Of a DNA stretch of 63,111 bases, positions 27,578-37,581 are shown piece after piece. Below the pieces are notes generated by a model. That model searched no databases. It was not told the DNA's origin and worked only from the letters and a program-made list of their open reading frames with translations. This DNA is from a phage. The translations under genes were made by a program, and so were the position numbers. The stretch's first letter is position 1; the number at the start of each line of letters is the position of its first letter. Location of the stretch: the NCBI GenBank assembly GCA_033178465.1, contig GCA_033178465.1_4726.1. The stretch is one strand, 5' to 3'.

Positions 27578-29077
27578 TTAATCCGCAACAAATAATCGAA
27601 TATAGCTCCTTAAATTAGGCATATCCCAGAATAGATGAATGCCGTTGTCCGCCATGAGATCGCACGGTAATGTGACGATATGTCCGGTTCGTGAGATAAC
27701 CCACTTATCTTCTTCCTGGGTCATGTCGTCAGCGGTACATCCCATGACTTCCCCACGGTTAAGATAAACGAAGAAAAGTTTATCGCAGATACGTTTAGGG
27801 TTAGAACTGAAATCCTTCAAATCCGATGCCGCTAAACGAATCGGGATGGTCATCGAATAGTCTTTTGTTTTCTGGTCCAACGCCTCGATGCCTTGGTTAT
27901 CCCAAAGGTTATATACGCCGTAGTCGATTTGATGGTTCGTTTGCATCTCTTCGTGCCACGCAAGCTCCGTGAACCCCTCTGTACCAGGAATCGCTTTTAA
28001 TTTCGTATGGCATTTATTTCGCTCTAATACCGCATCGAGTGAATAGCGTCCTTCATCCGGTCTTCCTAAACGAACGAACTTATAACCACACATCGCATCC
28101 ATAACCTGATACGTAGCCATCGTATAAAACATCGGCCAGGTCTGCTCAAGGGTAAGGTTGGTTTTACGACCTGAAGCAGATACCTTGTCGGTCTTCGGTG
28201 GTACCCAGCGAGCAATACGATATTTAGGTGGTACACGAGGATCGGAGAAAACATCCTCGGGACGATACCCTTCCTCGTTCAGCGCCTGGAGCATGCGTGG
28301 AATATCGAACGCGATATTCCAGCCAAGGAGATAATCCGGCTGCCATTCGTGAACCTTCTGCATGCATTGGATGACCGCTTGCGCCGGACTTTCTACGATT
28401 CGCACATCGTAATGATATTTTTCGAACGCATGAGGATCTTCTTTGGTGTTCAGACGTTCGGCCAGGTAATATCGAATCTTCTCGTGGGTTTTCTCAATCG
28501 CATTCGGAATATGACCAACGAAGTCCTTGGTATAGCAAAGTATCGCATTGTATCCCATTGTAATAGACATACAGACGATCTTACCGTGCCCGTGGACAAC
28601 GTCGGTTTCGATATCGAAACAGGCAATGGAAGCGGGTAATTTATCGACGTATTCCGGCCATTTTGTATTGTATTGGGTTTTTAAATAACAGCTGGCGCTA
28701 ACGTCCGTACCATAGAGGTATGGACTCCGGGCGAGCTGTTGTAAACGGGTGTTATCGTCAGCACGTCTTTTATAAAGCACCGAACTGATCTTTTCAACCA
28801 GTTCACTTTGGCGGACATCATAGCGACGCACATGCGAGAGCTTCTCGCTTTCCTTTTTATATTTGTTCTTGCGTTTACTCTCTACTGTCACCCAAAACGG
28901 ACGTTTGTAATTCTCAAAGAAGCGAAGGTTCGTCGCTTGCGTATTATCATCGAAGAACACGATCTCTTTTGCGATCATGAGGTCGTTCTTGCTGCCATCG
29001 TTCGCTTCGTTATAGCTGATGTGTCGACATTGAATACCGAGCAGTTTCTTCTTAGGTTTTCGTTCTTGTTCGCTCAT
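27578..29077 (-). CDS. DEDD-type 3'-5' exonuclease domain protein (candidate proofreading/split DNA polymerase fragment)
   Basis: 499-aa ORF; motifs CFDIETD (Exo I), LLGWNIAFDIP (Exo II), YGVYNLWD (Exo III-like); no polymerase palm motifs seen in this ORF. Confidence 0.55.
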   Translation of the reverse strand: MSEQERKPKKKLLGIQCRHISYNEANDGSKNDLMIAKEIVFFDDNTQATNLRFFENYKRPFWVTVESKRKNKYKKESEKLSHVRRYDVRQSELVEKISSVLYKRRADDNTRLQQLARSPYLYGTDVSASCYLKTQYNTKWPEYVDKLPASIACFDIETDVVHGHGKIVCMSITMGYNAILCYTKDFVGHIPNAIEKTHEKIRYYLAERLNTKEDPHAFEKYHYDVRIVESPAQAVIQCMQKVHEWQPDYLLGWNIAFDIPRMLQALNEEGYRPEDVFSDPRVPPKYRIARWVPPKTDKVSASGRKTNLTLEQTWPMFYTMATYQVMDAMCGYKFVRLGRPDEGRYSLDAVLERNKCHTKLKAIPGTEGFTELAWHEEMQTNHQIDYGVYNLWDNQGIEALDQKTKDYSMTIPIRLAASDLKDFSSNPKRICDKLFFVYLNRGEVMGCTADDMTQEEDKWVISRTGHIVTLPCDLMADNGIHLFWDMPNLRSYIRLFVAD

Positions 29078-29100
29078 GGCTTGATAAACTCGTAATAAGT

Positions 29101-29202
29101 GTTAAAAGGTGATTTTCTATATCATCCCCACGTTCTGTTGTTTTTAACCGACCACTCTTATTGCTTGGGGTGTGATGGGTGATGTTACCGTCAAAAGGTA
29201 TT
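29101..29202 (+). promoter_or_regulatory. two direct copies of AAAAGGT(G)ATTTCTAT in divergent intergenic region (candidate promoter/operator)
   Basis: TTAAAAGGTGATTTTCTATATC at 29101-29122 and GTCAAAAGGTATTTCTATGAAT at 29181-29202, between divergent exonuclease and M48 protease genes. Confidence 0.3.
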
Positions 29203-29298
29203 TCTATGAATGCCGTTGCATAGCAGCGGACACATTGTGATTGGTGCGGCCAGCCGATCCATTAACCCTTAAATTTACGTAAATTTAGAGAGTGTACA

Positions 29299-30609
29299 AT
29301 GTCATTACTACAACGCGTGTATGGTCATGACGAATTAACGATGGAGGCCATCAAGTTTCAAGATGGTTCCTTGTTCAAGGAAATGACCGAGTTCTTCAGA
29401 AGCAAACAGGGACTGGATAAAAAAGATGTTTTAAACGTTTTCAAGGACGGTCGTTTAACCGAGATGGTTAAACGCTATACGGGGTTGAACATCGAATTCT
29501 CGGTCGACGTGAAAATGGGCCAGATGAATGCCTACGTGTACCCACCGGATATTTCAACAAACAACACGATCCTGGCGGACTATCATCGATTATGGATGCG
29601 TGGTGTCGATGGTGTCGCACTTCTTAAGAAGATTAAAGATGCACCGGTCGGTTACGTCGATTTAGAAAAAGGTCGCGTTTACGGTATTTTTGAGGAGTTG
29701 AAGATTCGTTCTGCCATCACGTATGAACTACTAACGGCGACAGAACCCTTTCTTCCGGAAGAAAAAGCAGCCATAATGCTGCATGAAATCGGGCACGCAT
29801 TTACTTTCCTTGAAACATTGTCGGAAACGGTTCGTGTCGAAGCCTCAATCATGACCGTACAGCGTGAACTGTTGGGAACAACCGATAAGGTAAAACGTAT
29901 CGAACTGGCGAAAGCGTTAAACAAAACGTTGGATACCAACGTCGACGTAAATAAAATCAGTGATTCAGACGATGGTAGTGTCTGGTACACGGTTTACGTG
30001 TCTAACAAAGCGATGCAGTTAAGAAACGTAAACAACGCTGGACGATATACCGACGTTGCTTCCGAATTCATGGCTGATCAGTTCGCTACGCGTCACGGTG
30101 GTGGGGAGTATCTCGTTAGCGGGCTTGCTAAAATGTATCGGCTTTATGGTACCAACTCCATGAAGTCCAAAACGATGTTCTGGCTCTCCTTCATCATGGA
30201 TGCTACTATAGCTTCTATGATGGCGCTAGGTTTAGCTTCTGTTGGTGCTATCGGCGTGTTGGTTGTTGTCGCGGTAACCGCGCTTTCTGTTTGGTTGGAT
30301 CCGACATTTAGCATTTACGATAACGACATGGAACGATTCCGCAAAATCAAACAAGATTTAATTATACGCTTGAAAGATCGTGATATCCCAAGCGATGTTC
30401 GTTCCATGACGTTGGATACCATCAAAACAATCGATGAAACGCTGAGTGTGATGAACAATAATCGTACCTTCTCACAGATGGTTACGCTTATCCTTCGTCC
30501 TGGGGTTCGTAAAGCAGTTAAACAGGAAGAAATTCAGCAAGTCCTTTCTTCTACAATGAACAACGACCTGTTCAAAACAGCAGCGACTCTTGATTCCATT
30601 ATCGCCTAA
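29299..30609 (+). CDS. M48/HtpX-like zinc metalloprotease with C-terminal membrane anchor
   Basis: 436-aa ORF; HEIGH zinc-binding motif followed ~90 aa later by SEFMADQFATRHGG (E.xADxxA third-ligand motif typical of M48); hydrophobic segment FWLSFIMDATIASMMALGLASVGAIGVLVVVAVTALSVWL. Confidence 0.6.
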   Translation: MSLLQRVYGHDELTMEAIKFQDGSLFKEMTEFFRSKQGLDKKDVLNVFKDGRLTEMVKRYTGLNIEFSVDVKMGQMNAYVYPPDISTNNTILADYHRLWMRGVDGVALLKKIKDAPVGYVDLEKGRVYGIFEELKIRSAITYELLTATEPFLPEEKAAIMLHEIGHAFTFLETLSETVRVEASIMTVQRELLGTTDKVKRIELAKALNKTLDTNVDVNKISDSDDGSVWYTVYVSNKAMQLRNVNNAGRYTDVASEFMADQFATRHGGGEYLVSGLAKMYRLYGTNSMKSKTMFWLSFIMDATIASMMALGLASVGAIGVLVVVAVTALSVWLDPTFSIYDNDMERFRKIKQDLIIRLKDRDIPSDVRSMTLDTIKTIDETLSVMNNNRTFSQMVTLILRPGVRKAVKQEEIQQVLSSTMNNDLFKTAATLDSIIA

Positions 30610-30642
30610 TCTCTTCTATTTTTTACTATAAAGGAATTTAAC

Positions 30643-31083
30643 ATGAATATTTCTGATTTCGCCATTCAGCTGAAAGACCTGGTACGTGATTTCCCAGCCG
30701 AACAACAGACCCGTGCATTAAGTATTGCCGCAGGTTATATCGCCGGTTACAGCATGCCGGTATTCGCTGAAAAAGAAGATCTGACTGCTGACAGCATCTT
30801 CGTTCGTGAACATCTCCCTAAAATCCGTGAAGGGTTGGATAAGCTGAACAAGGTACTGGTTATTGGGCTGGCTGATGCGTTAGACGTTGCCCGCTACTTC
30901 TGGTGCCTGCGTTACCGCATGGTGCATGAGCCAACCGCACCTGAAACCATGCTGTTATTAGCCTCCGCTGTTCGTGACCAAGAAACCGCAGGGCTGCCTG
31001 ACGTTATCGAAGGGGTTGATCCTAAGCTGGTTGCGCAACTCGCAACGGCTTTCGCTAACGCACTGCAAGGAGAAAACGCATGA
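30643..31083 (+). CDS. hypothetical protein, host-optimised codon usage
   Basis: 146-aa ORF, AAAGGAA RBS; ATGA overlap with downstream 931-aa gene. Confidence 0.7.
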   Translation: MNISDFAIQLKDLVRDFPAEQQTRALSIAAGYIAGYSMPVFAEKEDLTADSIFVREHLPKIREGLDKLNKVLVIGLADALDVARYFWCLRYRMVHEPTAPETMLLLASAVRDQETAGLPDVIEGVDPKLVAQLATAFANALQGENA

Positions 31084-33875
31084 GTATCCCAGTTATTACC
31101 CCCGATCACAACGAATTCGGTTTAGCAACCGATTACGGGGTGGTTGAAATGCGTCACGGTATGCTCATGGCATTCCCCGACGAAGACATCCAAACCAGCG
31201 ATGGTTCAAGCGTTGTTACCACCGAAGATCAGGAAGCAATGGTGTCCTTCGACGTTAATGATTTCGTGGCTGTCGGTGAAGAAAACGTTCGTCTCCATGA
31301 ACAATTAGTAACACGTGGTATCTCTCGTGCCGATGTGCCTGAACTACGCATGCGTCTTGGTGACGCATTCCCGAAACAACTGCCGGATGCTTTCTTCACG
31401 GAAATCCCATCACGTAACGGCGTTGAGTTGGTGCAGGAAGGATTCGTTGCTAAGGTCTCTAAACTGTTTGTTGATGGTGCGAAGAAAGTCTGGGAACTCA
31501 TCAAACGTATCTGGGCGTTCATCTTTGCAGGAATCAAGAAAGCGGTACGATACGTCTGGAAGTATTCAAACGTTGATACGAAGAAGTTTATCGCAACAAC
31601 CGATGACGTAATAAACGATATTGTCGATGCGTTAGGTGCTGATTATCCACGTTTCAAAGAAATGTTGGATAAACAGATGACACTTAGCGACGTATATAAA
31701 GAGCTTGCAGGTTACGGTGGTGCGATAAACCTTAAAGAAATCGCAGACAAGAACCTGAAAGAAAAAGCGAAGTCGGTTGCTGAATGGCTTATGGTCCTGG
31801 TTCCTTTTGTTACCGCTAAGCAGAAGGAATTCGCTGATATCGTAACGACAATGAGCCGTAACGGCAGTACGTTTTTGGATATGGTACCAAACGTACAATC
31901 CATCGTTGAATTCAGAAACGCTTTGAACGATTATTGGAAAACTCCGGCATGTGTAGGCGTACTTGCTGGAGTTGTTCCGTTAGTTTCCGATAGTACAGGA
32001 ATTGTCGCCGCCGCTGATATCGTCGAAGAATGGGTACAGAAACATCAAACTGAACTCCATGATGACGCAGCTATTCGCAACAATAAGGAAGCCTGGGTTC
32101 GTGAACTTCACGATCGAATGGCGGAGTTGGCTGAACCGTTTGACGCGTTTAATGAAGTCAAATTCGAACAAACGTTAAATGAAGCCGAACAAATCTTCAA
32201 AGCAACGAAGGAAATGAACCCAACGGCTGATATTCAAGACGGCGATATTGAGCTGTATGAAAAGCACATGAAGCTGACATATCAAACGTTGCTTGCTTAT
32301 AGCCGTTTGATTTCAGCGATGTCGCGTTGGCTGATGGACGTGCAGCTCGCTCATATTCAGGTAGAACAACTCGTTGCGCGATACCGTGCTTTTGAACTCA
32401 AGAATTACTTCCTTGTCCTTGAGCGTGACGCCGACTGGAAACAGATCGTACAAGCATTAAAAGAACGTGCGTTAAAGCCGGTGAACAACATCAAAGCGGA
32501 ATATCAGGCGCAGAAAAAAGATTTTATCGATGTCGATAATGACGCGAAGAAAATCAAGATTGACGTTACGGACTTTTTCAAGTTCTTAAGCTTTGAAGAC
32601 GACGTATCCGGTTGTGCTTACCTAACAGAATCCGACCGTCAGGCGCGCAAAGATCTTGTTGAAATTGACGAAGCCATCTATCGGACTTCGCATCGTGGCG
32701 AGATCAGCAAACCGGATGAGCAGATCTATCTGGAGCTGCGTGAACGGTATATGCCTGACCAGGCGTTAGAGCCGACCATGGAATCGTTCGGTATCATGAA
32801 GATGGCTGTTATCGGTGTCATCATCACGACGGCCTATACTGCGATTCGTCGTCTGTTGCTCTGGATTATTGAACTCTTGAAGAAACGTGCTGATAGCGTA
32901 GCGGCCACCGAAAAAGCGGCCAGCGACGCCATCAAGCAGGCGAAACGTAATGCTAACGTTTATGTTCCTGATGAGCATGTTCGTAAAGAGGTCGATAAAA
33001 CCGAGGATACCGACGCAATGCGTGACGTTGTTGGTGCGCCCAGCAAGTCGGTCTCCGACGTTCCATTAACGACAGAACAGAAACTTTCGGCTGTTTCTGC
33101 GATTGTTGATGGTATCCGTAAAGAGATGGTAACCTTACCGGTCTTCGATCGTCTTCAGCAAGCGTGTACGTCTTTAACGTTAGGTTATTTCCAGGAAGGT
33201 AAGCTGGATACCATTCTTCGTGAGATGCGTCGTCTACGTCCTGATCGTATCGTGTATCTGAACGACCAATGTAAAGAACTCGAAGGGGCGTTAGAAGACC
33301 AGAAACGCGCTAAAGAAGGCGAGATTGCTCCGCGTCTGGCTAACCTGGCCGGTACCATGAAACAGGGTATGGAAGCGTACCGGATGCTGTATGATAATTC
33401 GCTGACTTTCCGTTTCAACGAATTGACAACATCTGCACACTTACCGCCGAAAGACTTCGCGGAATTCGGTGAGAAAGTACTGCAAAGCGGTACTCCAGTG
33501 TATCCGGACACCAACGTACTTCAGCAGTTAGCGACCGCACTTGACGGCAACAGCTATCTGTTATTTACCCGTTCCGGTGACGAATTCAGCAAACTTGCCG
33601 ACAGTAAGTTTAAAGAAATCGAAACACAGTTCCGTCGTTTAAATGACGTTGCTCGCCAGGTGAAAGCCATCCCGCAAGAAAACGCAACCGAGCTTCGCTC
33701 AACCGTTGATTATATCAACGCACAGATTCGTGAAATCGCAGCGTGGTATAGCTTCGAAGAAGCCTTGCGTTCACGTGTGGATGCGTTAGTGACCGCCTAC
33801 CGCGATTACGTCTTCGCTGAAGCGAAAATCATCAACGAGAAACTGCAGAAAGCCGGTTTCGGTAAATTAGCTTAA
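31080..33875 (+). CDS. large alpha-helical protein (931 aa) with one internal hydrophobic segment; possible virion/ejected protein
   Basis: Long ORF translationally coupled to upstream gene; charged/coiled-coil-like composition; hydrophobic stretch MKMAVIGVIITTAYTAI; function not recognised. Confidence 0.7.
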   Translation: MSIPVITPDHNEFGLATDYGVVEMRHGMLMAFPDEDIQTSDGSSVVTTEDQEAMVSFDVNDFVAVGEENVRLHEQLVTRGISRADVPELRMRLGDAFPKQLPDAFFTEIPSRNGVELVQEGFVAKVSKLFVDGAKKVWELIKRIWAFIFAGIKKAVRYVWKYSNVDTKKFIATTDDVINDIVDALGADYPRFKEMLDKQMTLSDVYKELAGYGGAINLKEIADKNLKEKAKSVAEWLMVLVPFVTAKQKEFADIVTTMSRNGSTFLDMVPNVQSIVEFRNALNDYWKTPACVGVLAGVVPLVSDSTGIVAAADIVEEWVQKHQTELHDDAAIRNNKEAWVRELHDRMAELAEPFDAFNEVKFEQTLNEAEQIFKATKEMNPTADIQDGDIELYEKHMKLTYQTLLAYSRLISAMSRWLMDVQLAHIQVEQLVARYRAFELKNYFLVLERDADWKQIVQALKERALKPVNNIKAEYQAQKKDFIDVDNDAKKIKIDVTDFFKFLSFEDDVSGCAYLTESDRQARKDLVEIDEAIYRTSHRGEISKPDEQIYLELRERYMPDQALEPTMESFGIMKMAVIGVIITTAYTAIRRLLLWIIELLKKRADSVAATEKAASDAIKQAKRNANVYVPDEHVRKEVDKTEDTDAMRDVVGAPSKSVSDVPLTTEQKLSAVSAIVDGIRKEMVTLPVFDRLQQACTSLTLGYFQEGKLDTILREMRRLRPDRIVYLNDQCKELEGALEDQKRAKEGEIAPRLANLAGTMKQGMEAYRMLYDNSLTFRFNELTTSAHLPPKDFAEFGEKVLQSGTPVYPDTNVLQQLATALDGNSYLLFTRSGDEFSKLADSKFKEIETQFRRLNDVARQVKAIPQENATELRSTVDYINAQIREIAAWYSFEEALRSRVDALVTAYRDYVFAEAKIINEKLQKAGFGKLA

Positions 33876-33888
33876 TTGTGTTTATAAC

Positions 33889-33919
33889 CCTAGGGGAAGG
33901 CTGAAAACCTTCCCCTAGG
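33889..33919 (+). terminator. perfect 12-bp-stem hairpin between 31080-33875 and 33935-37519
   Basis: CCTAGGGGAAGG-CTGAAAA-CCTTCCCCTAGG. Confidence 0.55.
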
Positions 33920-33934
33920 CCAACGGAGTGTTTT

Positions 33935-36900
33935 ATGAACAAATATCTTGCCGCGGGACTCTCTTCAGCTGATAACGGTCTCCTGGTGCTTGAATCGTTA
34001 ACTGACGGTATTAATTCAACACCGCGTACGACCACCCTTAACGGCGCGTTTCTTGACGATCTTCTGGCGTTAAAAGAAACATTACACCGTGAACAGCAAG
34101 TATCACGTCAACAACTGTCTATGCTTTCGTTATCGATGCCGGAAGCCCTTGACGGTAAACCGCTGGCGTTATGGACAGAGCTTCCTTCCACAACCGGTTT
34201 TCGTGAAGCGTGTCAGATCGTCGATAAAGCCATTACGTTAATGGAAAGCAAGCTGAAGCAAGAAGGCAACGGACAGCTCGTTACATTGCTTCGACATGAA
34301 CTCGAGCGTCTGGACAACCACAAAGAGGATGGCGAAACCTTCAACACCATGATGGTCGATCTGTCTCAGCAACTCGGTGAGCTACATCAAACGCTTCAGG
34401 GGGTTATCGAGCATCCCGATGTGATCGAGGATATGGGGTATGCCATTCAACGTCACGCCGACGAGCTTGCTGCAGTATGGTCACCTGCGTTACCAATAAT
34501 CGCACACAGCCAAGCGCTTGCGACGCTTGTACAAGCCGATACTAACATCCTACAACAGATGCTGGATCTGCAAGCGGCTGATGCCGATATCCCCATGAGC
34601 GTAGAAAATCAGGATATTAGCGCATTAGAGAGATTCATGGACGGTGATGGTTGCTTACTCCCTATTGCGCCGACCGATTGTCCGACCGAATGGTCGTTAA
34701 AAGACCTATTGAACTATATCGGTACCGGGGTCTTCGCGACACGTATTCTGCGGGATGTTTGCCAGCAGTACGGTGATGTCGCTGAACGTGTAAAACAGGT
34801 TATCGCTAAAGCCGAAGGGCTTGCTCAGGATAGCACCTTGGATGGGATCGCACAACTGAATCTGCTAACCCAGATGCAATGCGTTCGAATCAAATATCAG
34901 CGGATGTTCGCACAATCGGTACGTGCGGCCTTGCTGTTTGCACAAACGGTTGGTCAGATCATCCTGGACGTTAAAGATACAGCGGTTGCTGCAAAGAGCG
35001 ACGACTTCTGGGATAAAACCCAGGCGGAAGTAGAAGCTGCTGATGGCTACACACGTATCGAACTCGTACAGGAAGGTTTCTTTGGTCCGATTCTGAAACT
35101 TTTCGATAAGAAGGGACCGAACCCGCTTTTGGATAACAAAGCATCCAACAGCTGGAAATACCTTGAAAATATCCAACAGCAGATCGCTCAAACTTACGCA
35201 AACAAATCATGGGTGGAACGAAATATCCACGATAAGCTTGTCGTAAGTAAACGTGTCGCTCGCGCTCTTAGTTTCGACGACGGTAAAGTTCGTATGCCGA
35301 TGATCGTACTAAAAGAAGCGATTTCTGCAATGCGGTCAGTACAAAAACTTGTTGAAGCTCCAGCACAAGCACGCCATGCCAAGCTTAAGCAGTTGGAAGA
35401 AAAAGCATTACGTCGCGTCAAGGCTGGGGAAAACCAATATCAGGTCGCAAAAGACACATTGGCTGAAGCCAAGAAAATCAAGCCGTTGTCTACAATCCCT
35501 GAAAGCAGCTATCCAAAATGGCTCGGATACAAGTACAGCACATTCTTCAATATGCTGATGTTGGAAGAGCCAGTCATCGACGAACTCCCCAAGCTTAATG
35601 TCGACGATGTAGTCGAAACAGGTAAATTCCTGACGAATGATGCAGCTAAAGCGCTTAAAGAGTTTACGACAGCTGACGTCTTCTGCGGTACAGGTTGTGA
35701 TACAGAACTGTGGAACTATGATGCCTTCGGTGATGACGACGAACTTTACGATCAGTTCTATCTGCATTCAAAGTTCAACGAAACGTCGGCAACAGACGTC
35801 TATTACAACTACCTGGAAGCCTTTGTAAACGTTTGTTCCGCAACGGTAGAATGGCTGGCACGTCAAACAAGCTTGAAAGCGTTGACGATGGAAGGGTACG
35901 GCATTTATACCGCAGAAAGCGCGTGGGAAACGTTACGGCGGACGATGGAATACACCGTCAACATCCTAAAACGTTTGGTTGATTGGTTGGTTAAGAGCTG
36001 GCGTAATGGAAGTGCGAAAGCAGCGATTCAGCAGGCGGAAGCTAATAACAGTCAGCTTACGCGAGCTAAAGACGCCCTGCTTACCGAAGGCACAAAGAAA
36101 CGTTTAGCGTCGTTGCACACCGTCGGTATTCAGACCATTGCGAAATACGCTGAAGCAGGAACGATTTGGTCGGGAGCGTTCAAAGGGGTTACCGACAATC
36201 TGGGTAACGTTTCGGCATTAATCAGCTCGGAAGTGAAAGAGCTATCGAACGGGCGTGAACTCGATCAGGACAAACTCGCTAAGATTCGTGAAGGTCTTGC
36301 TCATGCATTCGAGAAAGGTAACTTCAATAAAGTTCTTCTTGGACATGATGGTATCACTATCGATAATCTCGCAAGTGAAATCCATGATTACCGTGAAGAA
36401 TTGAAGGATCAGTTCAAGGAATCCACGAACGAATCTATCGATGTGGATAAACTGATTCGATACAACGATGGCTGCCGTAAATTCCTGCAGGGGCCGATTA
36501 CCGATGCACGTAACAAGGTCAGCGGACATGAGCTGGATAATCTGCTTACCATGTTGAACAGCATGATTCGTCAACAAGCCTCATCGCCTGAAAATAAAGG
36601 TTTAGGGGCGTTGAAGAACGAAATCGTGAATGCACGCGATCTTGCTAAAGCTGCGGTGGATATTCTCGGTATCGCACAGTGGCTGGAGGTCCGAGCTAAA
36701 CGTTATATTAACGCTTTGAGTACAGTTGTCGATAAAGCGAACAGCGAAGCAGCGGCTGTTAGCGGAACATTGAAACAGGAAGCGTTCGATCTTAACGAAG
36801 TTGTGCTCTCGTCCACCAATTACGATGTTTGTAGCGTCGCAGCCACAAGTCTTGCGGCAAACAGATTCCGCAACTCTCGTGACGAACTTCGTCGTCATTA

Positions 36901-37519
36901 TAACCAAGCCTTGGAGGCTGCGTTTCAAGTCTATAACAGGGCTGTTTATAACCGTGCCGTAATCGGACAGCATCTGTTGGGTGTTATGCCACGGTTTACG
37001 GGTGTATTCAGTAACTATCCGTGGACATTAGGCCTTGACCTTCAGGTGTCCAATCCTTCCGCGTTAAATGCGTTCTGTGAGAAGCTTTCGCGGTCTATCG
37101 AGCTCTATGGTGCAGGCACTGCCGACAGCATCACACAGGCGGTTGCTTTGTTAGATTCAACAGAACTCTGTTATGCGGTGGATCCGAACTATGAAGGCGA
37201 ATCTGGTAAATCATCGGCTTTAGCAACGCATATGTTCGAATATCGACGTCTGGCAAAAGAAGCATTGGAACCCCATAGCGACTTTACCACCGAAGAACAA
37301 CGGCGGGGATGGTACGCGACGTTCATGGACAGTTCACCATCATGGGAACCGGATAATACTCTCCCAGTGGTAACGGAAGATGTTGATCCTTCGCTGATAT
37401 GGGCATTCGCGTCTTTGTTCTGTGCTGCGCTGAATGCGTTTATCGCATTGAAGTACGGTACCGATCTCAAGGTGTACGGTTGGTTCAGTGAACAGCAGAA
37501 CAGCAATAACGTAAGATAA
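33935..37519 (+). CDS. large hypothetical protein (1194 aa), possible virion/ejected protein
   Basis: Long ORF preceded by perfect 12-bp-stem hairpin and followed by conserved palindromic hairpin; no motif recognised. Confidence 0.7.
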   Translation: MNKYLAAGLSSADNGLLVLESLTDGINSTPRTTTLNGAFLDDLLALKETLHREQQVSRQQLSMLSLSMPEALDGKPLALWTELPSTTGFREACQIVDKAITLMESKLKQEGNGQLVTLLRHELERLDNHKEDGETFNTMMVDLSQQLGELHQTLQGVIEHPDVIEDMGYAIQRHADELAAVWSPALPIIAHSQALATLVQADTNILQQMLDLQAADADIPMSVENQDISALERFMDGDGCLLPIAPTDCPTEWSLKDLLNYIGTGVFATRILRDVCQQYGDVAERVKQVIAKAEGLAQDSTLDGIAQLNLLTQMQCVRIKYQRMFAQSVRAALLFAQTVGQIILDVKDTAVAAKSDDFWDKTQAEVEAADGYTRIELVQEGFFGPILKLFDKKGPNPLLDNKASNSWKYLENIQQQIAQTYANKSWVERNIHDKLVVSKRVARALSFDDGKVRMPMIVLKEAISAMRSVQKLVEAPAQARHAKLKQLEEKALRRVKAGENQYQVAKDTLAEAKKIKPLSTIPESSYPKWLGYKYSTFFNMLMLEEPVIDELPKLNVDDVVETGKFLTNDAAKALKEFTTADVFCGTGCDTELWNYDAFGDDDELYDQFYLHSKFNETSATDVYYNYLEAFVNVCSATVEWLARQTSLKALTMEGYGIYTAESAWETLRRTMEYTVNILKRLVDWLVKSWRNGSAKAAIQQAEANNSQLTRAKDALLTEGTKKRLASLHTVGIQTIAKYAEAGTIWSGAFKGVTDNLGNVSALISSEVKELSNGRELDQDKLAKIREGLAHAFEKGNFNKVLLGHDGITIDNLASEIHDYREELKDQFKESTNESIDVDKLIRYNDGCRKFLQGPITDARNKVSGHELDNLLTMLNSMIRQQASSPENKGLGALKNEIVNARDLAKAAVDILGIAQWLEVRAKRYINALSTVVDKANSEAAAVSGTLKQEAFDLNEVVLSSTNYDVCSVAATSLAANRFRNSRDELRRHYNQALEAAFQVYNRAVYNRAVIGQHLLGVMPRFTGVFSNYPWTLGLDLQVSNPSALNAFCEKLSRSIELYGAGTADSITQAVALLDSTELCYAVDPNYEGESGKSSALATHMFEYRRLAKEALEPHSDFTTEEQRRGWYATFMDSSPSWEPDNTLPVVTEDVDPSLIWAFASLFCAALNAFIALKYGTDLKVYGWFSEQQNSNNVR

Positions 37520-37527
37520 CAGCATAT

Positions 37528-37560
37528 TCCCTCCTCCTTCCCTGACGGGTTGGAGGAGGG
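37528..37560. terminator. conserved palindromic hairpin element (family A, inverted orientation) between convergent genes; TATG on both flanks
   Basis: CCCTCCTCCTTCCCTGACGGGTTGGAGGAGGG; followed by TTATGC; complement of upstream flank reads AATATGC. Confidence 0.6.
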
Positions 37561-37581
37561 TTATGCTCATGCTATTTTGTT

